Part shown: positions 10,863 through 22,061 of the stretch, piece after piece | Layout of the letters: each line of letters starts with the position of its first letter | How positions within the stretch are numbered: position 1 is the first letter of the stretch | Source: Spirochaetia bacterium | GTDB lineage: Bacteria > Spirochaetota > Spirochaetia > WTKD01 > G963693115 | Assembly: GCA_965226055.1 (NCBI GenBank) | Contig: CBDDCA010000006.1 | Span: 640,001 to 704,000, forward strand | DNA: 64,000 nt | Direction: 5' to 3' | Notes under the pieces: model-generated | Seen by the model: only the letters and a program-made list of their open reading frames with translations | Told to the model about the DNA's origin: nothing | The model's database searches: none | Made by a program: the position numbers and the translations under genes

Positions 10863-10874
10863 TTCCTTTTTATA

Positions 10875-11495
10875 TTAATTTTTTAGTTTTTTTTCTATAA
10901 ACACAAGTGCTGAATCCAGAATTATTGCAAGAAAAGCAGCTGGAATAGCTCCTGCAAAAATAATATTATTATCTAGTATATTTATACCACGAAAAATAAA
11001 TGTACCTAATCCTCCTGCTCCTACTGCTGCAACAAGAGTCGTAATTCCAACACAGGTTACTGTCGATACTCGTATCCCAGCAATAATCACAGGAAGCGCT
11101 AAGGGTATTTGTACTTTCAATAGTGTTTGCAACGAAGACATTCCTACTCCACGCGCGCTTTCTAAAATAGCTGCATCTATTTGTTGGAGTCCTACTAATG
11201 TATTTTGTACTATTACTAACAAAGAATAAATTACCAATACCACAATACTAGGACGAGCCCCAATACCAAGAAAAGGGATGAGAAACCCTAATAACGCTAA
11301 ACTAGGAACAGTCTGCATAATGCCTAAGAAATATTGCACAACAGGGGCAAGTGTAGGTAATCGCATAAGAATTATCCCTAAAGGCACTCCAATCAACACT
11401 GCAATAAGAACAGAAATAGAAGTTAATTGTAAATGCTCTAATGTTCTCGCTATAACTTCTTCCATATTTTCATACATGTAAGTAAAAAAATTCAT
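10875..11495 (-). CDS. Osmoprotectant ABC transporter permease
   Basis: QTVPSLAL, EAA-like ESARGVGM and GAGGLG motifs; hydrophobic. Confidence 0.9.
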   Translation of the reverse strand: MNFFTYMYENMEEVIARTLEHLQLTSISVLIAVLIGVPLGIILMRLPTLAPVVQYFLGIMQTVPSLALLGFLIPFLGIGARPSIVVLVIYSLLVIVQNTLVGLQQIDAAILESARGVGMSSLQTLLKVQIPLALPVIIAGIRVSTVTCVGITTLVAAVGAGGLGTFIFRGINILDNNIIFAGAIPAAFLAIILDSALVFIEKKLKN

Positions 11496-11516
11496 AGTAT
11501 TCTCTTTATTTATATA

Positions 11517-12266
11517 TTACTCTTTATCTAACTCACTTAAAAGAGATTTTCTGTGTCGTGCCACAAAACGTTCTACAAACTCGTTTGCTGGTGAACGAAT
11601 AATATTATAGGGAGTATCCAGCTGTGCTATAAACCCATCCTCCAGCAAACAAATTCTATCAGCGAAAGAAAAAGCTTCATGAATATCATGAGTTACAAAA
11701 ACAATGGTTTTGTGTATCATCTGTTTTACTGATAAAAACTCATCTTGTACCTCTTCGCGTGTTATTGGATCAAGTGCACCAAAAGGTTCATCCATAAGAA
11801 CAATTTCTGGATTAGCCATTAAAGCACGTCCAACTCCTACTCGTTGAAGTTGCCCTCCTGAAAGCTGACGAGGTTTACGCTTTAATAAAGCACTGTCAAT
11901 TTGTAATGTCTCTTGAATAGTGGTAAGCTGTTTTTGAATTACGCTTTCTTCCCATGCTAGTAATTTAGGCACTATAATTAAATTATCATAAATAGTCATA
12001 TGAGGAAAAAGACCAATATTTTGAAATACATATCCGATATTTCTTCGCAACTGCACAGGATCATGATTCATAATAGAAAGCCCATCAATATAAATAGATC
12101 CTGAGCTAAAATGAATAAGTCGATTTATCATTTTTAAGATAGTTGTTTTTCCACAACCACTTTTTCCTAACAAAACAAGAGTTTCCCCTTTTTTGACTTT
12201 AAATGAGATATCCTTGACAACTTGTAATTTGCCATACGCTTTATTTACTTTTTCAAGCACAATCAT
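11517..12266 (-). CDS. Osmoprotectant ABC transporter ATP-binding protein (OpuCA/ProV-like)
   Basis: GKSGCGKT, LSGGQ, LMDEPFGALDP. Confidence 0.92.
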   Translation of the reverse strand: MIVLEKVNKAYGKLQVVKDISFKVKKGETLVLLGKSGCGKTTILKMINRLIHFSSGSIYIDGLSIMNHDPVQLRRNIGYVFQNIGLFPHMTIYDNLIIVPKLLAWEESVIQKQLTTIQETLQIDSALLKRKPRQLSGGQLQRVGVGRALMANPEIVLMDEPFGALDPITREEVQDEFLSVKQMIHKTIVFVTHDIHEAFSFADRICLLEDGFIAQLDTPYNIIRSPANEFVERFVARHRKSLLSELDKE

Positions 12267-12526
12267 AATATTTTTTCTATAGCCTTGCTATAACTTTATA
12301 GTAGAAATGCTCCACCTTAGAATGTATAATTACTATACTAAATTAGACAAAGCAATAGATAAAACTGATACAATATACCGTTGTCAGCTCTATACTACCC
12401 TTTAAGTACTATCATACAACACATATTTTATGCATTATATGAGCAACAAAATTATTTACTCCTTAATTATAGTAAAAATACTTCCTTTATGCAAGTATAC
12501 TGTATACATTAAAAATAAGCATATCA

Positions 12527-13258
12527 TTACTGTTGCATATATAATTGAATTTTCTCGTTTAATGTTGTTTCTTTCATTGTAAGTACATATTCTATGTGTT
12601 TACACACAATGGCATATGCTTGAGGAACATTGATATCAATTCCAACATCAGCAAGAGATATAGGGGAAATTCCCGATATAGATATACGAGACCATTGGTA
12701 TTGTTTTATATTCATGCCAATACCAATCAAATTCCATGTAAGATAGGGTTTAATTAAGATGCCTGCAATTTTTTTATTTTCTAACAACACATCATTTGGT
12801 TCCTTAATCACAAGAGCATCATCTTTCAAAGATATATCAGCCAGAGTATAGCAATGTTGAATGCTTTGCACTATCGCAAGTGCTATGGCTTTTACTAAAT
12901 TATTATATAGTAATTGACTGTGTGCGTTCCATTTATTTGCTTGTACCTCTCTTGATTGAGCAAGCAACAATACCATTAACAACGATTTTTTCTTTTCACT
13001 TATCCATACACGATCAAACTTTCCTTGTCCTTTCGTTTGCTGATCTGTAAGAAACACTGTGCCTGAACAAAGAGAGGGTTCTTTGAGAGTATGCATAGCA
13101 GTATTGTGCTGAATAGCTTGAATATAATGACGAGCTACATCAAACAATGTAGTACACTCTTCAATAAATATACATGGAGCATTAAAGCATCCCTGCTGTT
13201 TTTGTACAGAACATCGCTTTACTGTTTCTGATGTTATACTATTCCTGCTCTTTTTCAT
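12527..13258 (-). CDS. birA: Biotin--protein ligase (no HTH)
   Basis: QTKGQGKFDRVW, KEPNDVLL..KKIAGIL, GIGMN. Confidence 0.8.
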   Translation of the reverse strand: MKKSRNSITSETVKRCSVQKQQGCFNAPCIFIEECTTLFDVARHYIQAIQHNTAMHTLKEPSLCSGTVFLTDQQTKGQGKFDRVWISEKKKSLLMVLLLAQSREVQANKWNAHSQLLYNNLVKAIALAIVQSIQHCYTLADISLKDDALVIKEPNDVLLENKKIAGILIKPYLTWNLIGIGMNIKQYQWSRISISGISPISLADVGIDINVPQAYAIVCKHIEYVLTMKETTLNEKIQLYMQQ

Positions 13259-13261
13259 AAT

Positions 13262-16200
13262 TTAAGCATCCTTAACCGTGTCTTCAAGCCGAATAGAGCT
13301 TCGCAATTCGTTATACCATTTTTGTATACGCCCTTTTACTTTATAGAGTGAACGAACTAACAAATCAATGTCCTGTTCTCCTATAAGAAGCCATGTGAGT
13401 CTTTTTTTAAAATTTTTATCGTTCTGAGGAATTTTATGTAATTGCTTATTATCATATACCTGCAAAAAATGCTCAATACGTCGTAAGTAACAATAATCAT
13501 ACACAAGCATCTCATATTGTTCTACAGAAATACGCCCTTGTTCTTTTAGTTGTAACAAAGCCCCCAATGTATCGGCTTTAGGCAGCATTGTATGATATTG
13601 CACAAGCTGTAAGCCTTGTACCAAAAATTCTATATCACGCAATCCTCCCCAACTATGCTTTACTTCCAACACTTCGTCTTGTGTATTTTGTTCATGATGT
13701 TCCACTGATACTACTCGCAAAGAATGTATTTCCTGAACTATAGTGCTAGGAGCTACTTTTTGTAACCTATCATGTATAACATGCTGTATGCTCTGTAAAA
13801 TAATATCTCCTGCTACACTATCGCCTGCTACACACGATAATTTTATACAGGCTTGCAATTCCCATAATTTTGCATGTTGACGAAGATATGTTTCAAACTG
13901 CATAAGTGAAGATACTTCATGATTTTCTCCATACGGCTGTAATCGTAAATCTATTCTGTAAGCTCTCCCTGATGAAGTATATTCAAATAAATAATATATC
14001 GTTTTCTTAAACAACTCTAACACTGATTGCTTTTCAATGAGACAATGCTCTGTGTATACACATAACAAATCTAAATCAGAGCTATAATTTAATTCTCCTG
14101 CTCCAAATTTTCCAAAAGCAAATATAGCTATCCCTGTGCCATCATATTTCAAATGCTTGCATGCATATTCAAACGCAGCTTGCACGATAGCTTTTGCCAG
14201 GTTTGAAAGCTGATTAAAAATAACTTGTATCGGAAACCCAAGGCATATATCTTGAGTGATAATTTTTAGAGTGTGTTTCTTTTTATACTCACGTAATTCA
14301 TATAAAAATTGTTCTTCACTGGATACCATTTGCAGTTTCTTTTTAAGAGCTTGTGTATACTCTTGAAAGTTTGTGCTTTTTTGTGAAGTTTCTTCTTTAC
14401 AAATTTCTTCAATATATGATGGATGCTTCAGTATTTCTTCTGCCAAATACCTGCTCCCTGAAATAATATCAAGTAAAATAAACAAACGTCTCGGCTGATA
14501 CAACAATGATATATAAAAATCTTTTAATGCTTTTGCAGTAAACATATCAGATAAACGCGATAAAAACACAATAATACCATCAGCGTTTCCACTACGAGTA
14601 ATGTGTTGCCACGACAAAAGCAGTATTTTTGCAAATTCATTTTGAAGTTTTTTTTGTTTTGTACAGTTTTGTATTGCTGAAAGAGCTGTTGTAGGAGACT
14701 TAAACACTGTAAGAAGGGGTATTTTTTCAATATCCTCTTGTTCAACATATACTAAAGCTGCTGGACTTAAATCTTTCATGCGTATAGCTTCTTTTCCTAT
14801 GTAGTTTTTGACAAAATGCAATACATTTGCAGAATGAGTGTCAAAATCAAGGCAAAGCTGTTCTTTTGTGCTCAATAAATTTCTTTTATATCCCATACGT
14901 CTTGCAAGGTGAGTGAGTTCCCAATCATCATCAGGAGGAAGAGAAACATCAGTGGCGTTTCCTCTTCTTAAGCGTAATGCATTGATAAGAGCCCTAAAAA
15001 ATTTATACGCTTCAAATAGTTGTTTTGCTTCTTCGTCTATAATGCTATCAATGTGTAATATATTTTGTAAAATAAAATACATATTTGGATGACGCAGCTG
15101 CGGATACTGTTTCCCGTACCTTAGTTGTAATAGCTGTACATTTATTTCAACATCCAATAAAGCTCCTGCTCCAAATTTTGCATTTCGTCTCCCTTTTTTT
15201 ACTTCCTGTTCTATCTGTTTTTGTCGCATATCAATAACTTCTTTTGGATCTATACTGGAAGAAAAATAAATAAACTCATCACGCAACTGTAGTATACGTT
15301 CTGCCAGATGAGTATCACCCACTATAGGACGCATACGCGTTAATACAATACGTTCAACACTATGGGCTTTTCCACCAGCACGATAATATTCAATAAAATT
15401 ATCAAGCTGAATAGCAAGTGGACCTTCTTGGCCATGAGGACGTAAACGAAAATCTAGCTCAAAAATTCCCTTTTTTTGACTAACAATAACCTTATTTAAC
15501 TCTTTCAACATCATATTAAAATACTCACTATTAGTAATAATAGTAGTACCGTTTGTATGTCCATAATCAGTATAAATAAGCTGAATTTCCAAATCCGATG
15601 CAAACCCAAGTGCTTCTCCTCCAAATTTTCCTAAGCCAAACAATATCCATTTTGATTCAATGCCTGCAGCAGAACAAGGAGCTCCGTACTGCTCTTGCAG
15701 ATGTGATTCCACAAGATATAAAGCGTGTCTAATTACCACTTTAGCAAGTTCTGAAAGGTGCTTACTAAGATATAAAAACCCTGATTCTTTCATCATCAAC
15801 GCATCAATATCAACTTTATACCGTTGTTCATCCTTAAAAGTATTTATAACCTGTATTTTTTCTGCATATGTATGTGCTTTTTGCAGTAACTGAGTAAGCA
15901 TTGTTTCGTATGCAAAATGCTGTAACCCTTTCCGTTCATATTGTACATTTGAAAAAATTTTAGTAATCTCACCTGCATTTGTTTTAATAAAATCTTTCCA
16001 TACATAGTCACCTGACCCAAGCACTTGAGCAAACTTTTTTGTAAGCTGTGACTCTACATCCAGTAGAGAGTGAATATCTATAGAATCATCATCAACTACT
16101 TGCTGTATAATATGCTGAAGCCGTTGAATAGCTTGATACGGATCTGGGGCACTTTGAATCAAATAAGCAAACCTGATGTACAGTAATATACTGACATGTA

Positions 16201-16873
16201 GTTTTTTAAGATCTATCGTCTGTGTATTAGCGTGCTTTTGTTGTACTAAAAAAGTATCGTGTATATTATCCTGATATGTTTGAATGTGTAACTCTAGTAC
16301 AGATAAGTTATATAATGCAAGTGCATCACATATCATATACAAGAGAAACGGATGATCTTTCCCTTCTACATCTATAGATATACATGATTCCTGTTTATAA
16401 AAGGAAGGCTGTATTTCAATTTGAACAATAGGAATGAGAGGGGTACTATCTATATTTTTATCCACTTCTTCAGCAATTTGTTCTACAATATATTTTTTAG
16501 CATACACTTTCTGATGATTAAATAAGAGCTTTCCTTGTGTTTCTACCAGCTTTTTTATTTCTATACTTCTGCGAATATTGATATGCTGATCACAATAAAA
16601 CTGATTATAAAAACATAGCTCTCCTTTCTGTTGCCATTCATATGAAATTGCTCCTTTAATGGAAACTCCATACAAAGAAATAGCTCCTACTATATGAGGT
16701 AGCACTCCTTGAGTATTGAAACCATAACATACAACACAATTAGTCCCTGCAACTATTTCACAACACACAGGAATATCCTTTGTCAATTTTTTTCCCTGCT
16801 GTTGTTCTAACTGTTCCTTACGGTACATCAGAGAAGGAGTAGTATTATCAGTTTTATTCTCTCGGGACATCAT
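13262..16873 (-). CDS. glnE: Glutamine synthetase adenylyltransferase/adenylyl-removing enzyme with N-terminal ACT-like domains
   Basis: Two nucleotidyltransferase domains (LGKFGG..LGFASDLE..DFRLRPHG; FGKFGAGELNYSSDLD..DLRLQPYG) and GGLRDIEF. Confidence 0.85.
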   Translation of the reverse strand: MMSRENKTDNTTPSLMYRKEQLEQQQGKKLTKDIPVCCEIVAGTNCVVCYGFNTQGVLPHIVGAISLYGVSIKGAISYEWQQKGELCFYNQFYCDQHINIRRSIEIKKLVETQGKLLFNHQKVYAKKYIVEQIAEEVDKNIDSTPLIPIVQIEIQPSFYKQESCISIDVEGKDHPFLLYMICDALALYNLSVLELHIQTYQDNIHDTFLVQQKHANTQTIDLKKLHVSILLYIRFAYLIQSAPDPYQAIQRLQHIIQQVVDDDSIDIHSLLDVESQLTKKFAQVLGSGDYVWKDFIKTNAGEITKIFSNVQYERKGLQHFAYETMLTQLLQKAHTYAEKIQVINTFKDEQRYKVDIDALMMKESGFLYLSKHLSELAKVVIRHALYLVESHLQEQYGAPCSAAGIESKWILFGLGKFGGEALGFASDLEIQLIYTDYGHTNGTTIITNSEYFNMMLKELNKVIVSQKKGIFELDFRLRPHGQEGPLAIQLDNFIEYYRAGGKAHSVERIVLTRMRPIVGDTHLAERILQLRDEFIYFSSSIDPKEVIDMRQKQIEQEVKKGRRNAKFGAGALLDVEINVQLLQLRYGKQYPQLRHPNMYFILQNILHIDSIIDEEAKQLFEAYKFFRALINALRLRRGNATDVSLPPDDDWELTHLARRMGYKRNLLSTKEQLCLDFDTHSANVLHFVKNYIGKEAIRMKDLSPAALVYVEQEDIEKIPLLTVFKSPTTALSAIQNCTKQKKLQNEFAKILLLSWQHITRSGNADGIIVFLSRLSDMFTAKALKDFYISLLYQPRRLFILLDIISGSRYLAEEILKHPSYIEEICKEETSQKSTNFQEYTQALKKKLQMVSSEEQFLYELREYKKKHTLKIITQDICLGFPIQVIFNQLSNLAKAIVQAAFEYACKHLKYDGTGIAIFAFGKFGAGELNYSSDLDLLCVYTEHCLIEKQSVLELFKKTIYYLFEYTSSGRAYRIDLRLQPYGENHEVSSLMQFETYLRQHAKLWELQACIKLSCVAGDSVAGDIILQSIQHVIHDRLQKVAPSTIVQEIHSLRVVSVEHHEQNTQDEVLEVKHSWGGLRDIEFLVQGLQLVQYHTMLPKADTLGALLQLKEQGRISVEQYEMLVYDYCYLRRIEHFLQVYDNKQLHKIPQNDKNFKKRLTWLLIGEQDIDLLVRSLYKVKGRIQKWYNELRSSIRLEDTVKDA

Positions 16874-17849
16874 ATATTGGAAACACGCGATATTTTTTAA
16901 GGAGCATAACAGGGCGATATGTTTGTTTTGCTTTTCTTAACCCTTCTTCTCCTAAGTCTTGTTCTCGATTTATCAGATAGCAGCGAGGGGATAACTGAGC
17001 TGCAAAATCTTGATTTATATATTGATATACTCCTTTATAATTCATATCTGCTTTTTCAAAATGAACAATTACCGCTTTTTGATTATTTCGATACTCAGCA
17101 ATAACAAACGCTACTGGGGTATTTTGTATATATGTTATACGTCCAAATAAAGGAAGATCAAAGAAATGTGAAATAGCTGTTGTAATAGCTTCGTAATCAA
17201 CATTTGATTGCTGTTGTTTCCATATATTTAAAATATGGTATACATCATTAAGAGTATCTTTTTCTATTATTTTGGTAGTATACTGATAATGTTCCTTAAA
17301 ATAGTTTACATGATTTCTTTTTTTATGAAATTTGCTCCCTTGAAGCTCTGCCAAATCATACGTACGATATAAATAATCAAAATCTCCTCTCTCTTCAACT
17401 ATTTTAGCGTGTGCACCACTGTCCTTTAATAACAACAAAGCACGATTCATAGAACGAAAAAGTGATAATGGCACTATTTTGATATACCTGTTTTGAGAAA
17501 AAAAATCATACAAAAAACTGACTGGAGGAATCTTTGCTATGATATGGAGAAACTGCATAGCACGCTTTGTGTCTTTTCCTACAATATACAGATGATTATC
17601 CACACGTGTCAATGAATAATGATACTGTTGCTTAAATAAAAAAAGACCACTAAAGCTAAACTCACTTACAAGAGAAGGATAATAGGAAAAATAATCATGA
17701 AGTAATGCTTGATGATCATGCTCCAATACTTTTGTGTTAGGCCATGCTGGTACAATTTCCTGTATTCTTTGTACTATTTCGCTAGAGATCATATCTTCAT
17801 TATAAAAAAATCCATTAAATACCACATACCATACTGATTTAGCATACAA
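16854..17849 (-). CDS. DUF2156 / phosphatidylglycerol lysyltransferase C-terminal-like protein (start may be ~17792)
   Basis: DYLY...[39 protein letters not shown]. Confidence 0.85.
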   Translation of the reverse strand: MYAKSVWYVVFNGFFYNEDMISSEIVQRIQEIVPAWPNTKVLEHDHQALLHDYFSYYPSLVSEFSFSGLFLFKQQYHYSLTRVDNHLYIVGKDTKRAMQFLHIIAKIPPVSFLYDFFSQNRYIKIVPLSLFRSMNRALLLLKDSGAHAKIVEERGDFDYLYRTYDLAELQGSKFHKKRNHVNYFKEHYQYTTKIIEKDTLNDVYHILNIWKQQQSNVDYEAITTAISHFFDLPLFGRITYIQNTPVAFVIAEYRNNQKAVIVHFEKADMNYKGVYQYINQDFAAQLSPRCYLINREQDLGEEGLRKAKQTYRPVMLLKKYRVFPIYDVPRE

Positions 17850-20271
17850 TATTCACTAATTTATTAGGAACAACAATAATTTTTTTAGGATTTTTGTTCT
17901 TTAATATCGCTTGAATAGCATCAATTGATAAAGCAATAGTTTGTAATTGCTCTTTTACTGTGTCTGCTTTTACTTTTGTTTTAGCACGAGTTTTACCGTT
18001 TACCTGTACTACCAACTCTATCTCTGCTTCCTTTGTGAGATTCTCCTGATATTGAGGCCATGGCTCATATGCAAGTGTTTTCTGATACCCTAATTCTTCC
18101 CAAAATTCTTCTGCTAAATGAGGGGCGTACGGAGCAAGCAAAAGAACAAAGGGCTGCCATATTTCCTTATATCGAACACTGTGGATATTCATCTCATTAC
18201 TGAGTATCATCATTTGAGAAATAGCAGTATTAAACAAAAAATTGCTGGTATCCTCACTCACCTTTTTAATTGATTGATGCAATGTCTTGATAAGTTCTGT
18301 AGGAGGAGCATCGGTACTGAGAGGTTTATCAGCAATACCACATAGCTTAAGTAAAAAACGATGTATGCCTTTGAGTCCATTAGTTGACCAAGGTTTTTCT
18401 TGTCGTAAAGGACCCATAAACATTTCATATAATCGCAAACTATCAGCACCATAGGTATCCACAATATCATCAGGGTTGATAACATTGCCTAAAGATTTTG
18501 ACATTTTATTTCCATCTTCTCCTAAAATCATTCCTTGATTTACGAGCTTATGAAAAGGCTCTTTTGTATTAACTGCCCCTATATCATACAGCACTTTATG
18601 CCAAAATCGTGCATACAATAAGTGAAGAACAGCATGTTCTGCTCCTCCTATGTATAAATCCACAGGCAACCAGTACTCTATATTTTTTTTCGAAGCAAAT
18701 TCAGTTACATTACTCGGATCAGTAAACCGTAAATAATACCAACACGATCCTGCCCATTGTGGCATAGTATGAGTCTCACGTTGCACTGTTTTACCATTCT
18801 CTAAGGTTACTGTACACCATTCTTTTATTGCTGCAAGAGGGGACTCTCCTGTACCCATCGGAGAATAACTTTCTACTTGTGGAAGGGTAAGGGGCAACTC
18901 TTCTTCAGCAAGAGGAATAATTTCATCAATATGCGTCTTAAGAACAGGAATAGGTTCTCCCCAATATCGTTGTCGACTAAAAATCCAGTCACGTAACTTA
19001 TACTGAGTTTTCGCAGCCCCTAACGATTCCTGTTCTAACCAAGCTATAACTTTTGCCTTTGCTTCTTGTGTAGAAACACCATTGAAAGGATCACTGTTTA
19101 TAAGAAAGCCATCTCCGATATATGCTTCTTCTAAACTGTCATTTGAAATACCCCGCTGTTTAGAAACTACTTGTATAATAGGAATATTAAACTTTTTTGC
19201 AAAATCCCAGTCTCTCTCATCATGTGCAGGAACAGCCATAATTGCCCCTGTTCCATATCCCATCAATACATAATCCGAAATCCAAATAGGAATCTGTTTT
19301 TTTGTAACTGGATTAAGTGCGTACGCACCAGAAAAAACTCCTGTTTTCTCTTTGTTAAGTTCAGAACGCTCAAAATCTGATTTTTGAGAAGACTGTACTC
19401 TATACTGCTGTACTTCTCTCATATGAGATTGAGGAACAATGCTATCAAGTATAGGATGCTCAGGAGAAACTACCATATATGTAGCTCCCCACAAAGTATC
19501 AGGTCGTGTCGAAAATATCACAAGGGATGAATCAAAGCTAACAATAGAAAATGAAATTTCTGCACCTACACTTTTCCCTATCCAATTTTTCTGCATTATT
19601 TTTATTGATTCAGGCCAATCAAGTAACTCTAAATCATCTAGTAATCTATCAGCGTACTGAGTAATTTTTAGCATCCATTGCATTAAATGACGTCTTTCTA
19701 CAGGATGGTTTCCTCTTTCACTCCTTGGACCGTCATCGGTATTTAACACTTCTTCATTTGCTAGCACCGTACCTAATGCAGGGCAGAACCATACAGGCAT
19801 TTTTTTCTGATATGCCAATCCTTTTTTATACAGCTGCAAAAATATCCACTGTGTCCAACGGTAATATTCTGGAGAATGTGTTGATACTTCTCTACTCCAA
19901 TCATACGAAAATCCTAGCCGTTTTATCTGTTTCCGAAACCGTTCTATGTTTTTTTCAGTTGTTATCTGAGGATGCGTTTTTGTTTTTATTGCATAATTTT
20001 CCGCAGGTAATCCAAAGCTATCAAACCCCATTGGATGCAGTATATGATACCCGTTCATACGTAAAAATCGAGCATAAATATCAGAAGCAGTATATCCTTC
20101 AGGATGTCCTACATGAAGCCCTGCTGCAGAAGGATACGGAAACATATCCAATATATATTTTCTTTTCTCTTTTGGAATAGAAGTATCTTCACATACTTCA
20201 AATGTTTTATTCTTTTCCCAGTAGCGTTGCCACTTTTCTTCTATATACGAAAAATTATAGCTTTTTCTCAT
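17839..20271 (-). CDS. leuS: Leucine--tRNA ligase
   Basis: [31 protein letters not shown]. Confidence 0.97.
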   Translation of the reverse strand: MRKSYNFSYIEEKWQRYWEKNKTFEVCEDTSIPKEKRKYILDMFPYPSAAGLHVGHPEGYTASDIYARFLRMNGYHILHPMGFDSFGLPAENYAIKTKTHPQITTEKNIERFRKQIKRLGFSYDWSREVSTHSPEYYRWTQWIFLQLYKKGLAYQKKMPVWFCPALGTVLANEEVLNTDDGPRSERGNHPVERRHLMQWMLKITQYADRLLDDLELLDWPESIKIMQKNWIGKSVGAEISFSIVSFDSSLVIFSTRPDTLWGATYMVVSPEHPILDSIVPQSHMREVQQYRVQSSQKSDFERSELNKEKTGVFSGAYALNPVTKKQIPIWISDYVLMGYGTGAIMAVPAHDERDWDFAKKFNIPIIQVVSKQRGISNDSLEEAYIGDGFLINSDPFNGVSTQEAKAKVIAWLEQESLGAAKTQYKLRDWIFSRQRYWGEPIPVLKTHIDEIIPLAEEELPLTLPQVESYSPMGTGESPLAAIKEWCTVTLENGKTVQRETHTMPQWAGSCWYYLRFTDPSNVTEFASKKNIEYWLPVDLYIGGAEHAVLHLLYARFWHKVLYDIGAVNTKEPFHKLVNQGMILGEDGNKMSKSLGNVINPDDIVDTYGADSLRLYEMFMGPLRQEKPWSTNGLKGIHRFLLKLCGIADKPLSTDAPPTELIKTLHQSIKKVSEDTSNFLFNTAISQMMILSNEMNIHSVRYKEIWQPFVLLLAPYAPHLAEEFWEELGYQKTLAYEPWPQYQENLTKEAEIELVVQVNGKTRAKTKVKADTVKEQLQTIALSIDAIQAILKNKNPKKIIVVPNKLVNIVC

Positions 20272-20552
20272 ATTTTAATAATACACTGGTATAGTAGTAA
20301 TTACAAGAAGCCTCTGTGATAGAACTATATATAATGGTAACCTAAAAGGAAAAATTCTAAAATTTTACTTATGTTTATTTGACAAAATGTAAAACAATTT
20401 AAAATACTATTAAGGTGATACTCTACAATTTTACTTTCAAAAGATGTACTTATGCCTCCTGACTAATGTCTACCTACAGGTAAAAAAGTGTAGAGTACTA
20501 CAACAAATACATCTATTCTGTAGGTATTTTTTTATTTTTTCTTGCTCTTTTT

Positions 20553-21461
20553 TTACTCCTTTGTCGCATTTATTCCTTGATCCTGTGTCTTTTTTGTTAC
20601 TTGAGCTGGTGATTTAATTTCAAAAATTCTATTAATAGCATAATCTAATTCATATATATATATATTTCCTTTACCTTTTATATTTATTTCTTTTCTTGTA
20701 AAAGAACAATCTATTTTAGATTTATTCTTATGAGTTATACTATGAAAAGCTGTTGTGTTAAAATAAGTTTTATATGCAGGAGCAGAGGAAAGACGACAAG
20801 AATAATTAACACTCTCACCTATAACAAATAACTGTTTGTTAATTACTTTAAAGAATATTTCTCCATAATCAATTCCTACTCCTATCCCAGTATCTGCTAA
20901 TTCTAACTTAAAATATCTTCTATGTTGACTATACATCTCTCTAAACATATTATGTAACTCAATAGAACATTTCATACAATCTAAATGAGCATCTTCATTT
21001 ATCTCTTCTATAAAATGGCATAAAATACCATCTCCTGTAAATTTATCATAAACAGCATTATGTTTTTTTATTACTTTAGATAACTCTGTGATTAAATTGC
21101 TCAAAAAAAGAGGATAAAATTGTATGCTTTCACAAACAGACATTAAATCAGAGCTTTTTCTAATATCTAAACATAATGTGTAACATTTTAAAGTTTTTTC
21201 ATGAACTTTTACATAACCTTCAGGGTTTTTGACATAAAAAAGAGGGTAGATCGCATTTAAGTCTTTTAATTTTTCTAATATTACAGGATTTACAATATCT
21301 TTAAAAAATCCTTCTATTTGTCCTCTTGCTTTTGTTTCTTTTCCTTCATTATCATTTTCTAATGACTTTCTAATTTGTTCTTTTTCAACTTCTATTTGTT
21401 CTTTTGCTTTTGTTTCTTCTTCATTATCATTTTCTAATGACTTTTCATTTTCAGCTGTCAT
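20553..21461 (-). CDS. Stand-alone class III (adenylate/guanylate) nucleotidyl cyclase domain protein; candidate toxin
   Basis: LDIRKSS, DKFTGDG, GIGVGIDYG and GESVNYSCRL catalytic motifs. Confidence 0.85.
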   Translation of the reverse strand: MTAENEKSLENDNEEETKAKEQIEVEKEQIRKSLENDNEGKETKARGQIEGFFKDIVNPVILEKLKDLNAIYPLFYVKNPEGYVKVHEKTLKCYTLCLDIRKSSDLMSVCESIQFYPLFLSNLITELSKVIKKHNAVYDKFTGDGILCHFIEEINEDAHLDCMKCSIELHNMFREMYSQHRRYFKLELADTGIGVGIDYGEIFFKVINKQLFVIGESVNYSCRLSSAPAYKTYFNTTAFHSITHKNKSKIDCSFTRKEINIKGKGNIYIYELDYAINRIFEIKSPAQVTKKTQDQGINATKE

Positions 21462-21469
21462 TGTTGAAA

Positions 21470-21976
21470 TTAATTTTTATTTACAATAGATTTATAATAA
21501 TCAAAAATGGTTTCTTTAGGTATTACTACACCAGGTAATCCAGTATAATATTTATCCCAAGGGGACCCTTCTAAGTGAGTAAGATTTATTAATTGTGTAG
21601 CAGTCCAATCTGAGTATACTTCACAAACTACTTCTATTAAAGATTGTATTTCTTCTTCCACAAATCCTTTATTATCCAGTTGGTATGATTTTTTTGTATT
21701 TCGTGCGTATTGATTAATACTTTTACGAAGTGGATAATATATTTTCGGTACAACAGGACCTAAAGTCCATGCTTGTATTTCTTCTGCAAATAGATATTGA
21801 TTTTTTACAACACTGATAGATCCAAAACAAATATAAATTAGTTTTAATGTTTTTAATAAATCACTATCTTTTTTCTTATCTATAAAATATTTAACAATTG
21901 TATTACTCACAGCAAATGCATTAGTAATTGGTTTTTCAATTACCAATGCATTTTTTGTATTATGTGTGTCACCCAT
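21470..21976 (-). CDS. Panacea (DUF4065/SocA/GepA-like) antitoxin
   Basis: LKTLKLIY..LFAEEIQAWTLGPVVPKIY..LTH.EGSPW; ATG 21976 has SD GAAGGA (the track uses GTG 21982). Confidence 0.9.
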   Translation of the reverse strand: MGDTHNTKNALVIEKPITNAFAVSNTIVKYFIDKKKDSDLLKTLKLIYICFGSISVVKNQYLFAEEIQAWTLGPVVPKIYYPLRKSINQYARNTKKSYQLDNKGFVEEEIQSLIEVVCEVYSDWTATQLINLTHLEGSPWDKYYTGLPGVVIPKETIFDYYKSIVNKN

Positions 21977-22061
21977 AAACACAATCCTTCATAATGATGT
22001 ACCTAAAGAATAAATATATGCAAAAGACATAAATATTCATTGAGGCCACCCTCTATCAGAG

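Noticed and set aside
20272-20552. T-box leader for leuS
   Set aside because: No T-box consensus visible on the minus strand, and leuS appears to have a -10 box just before its ATG
20553-21982. Calling the cyclase locus Pycsar or CBASS
   Set aside because: No adjacent cNMP-binding TM/TIR effector; the partner is a Panacea domain and the enzyme is not CD-NTase fold
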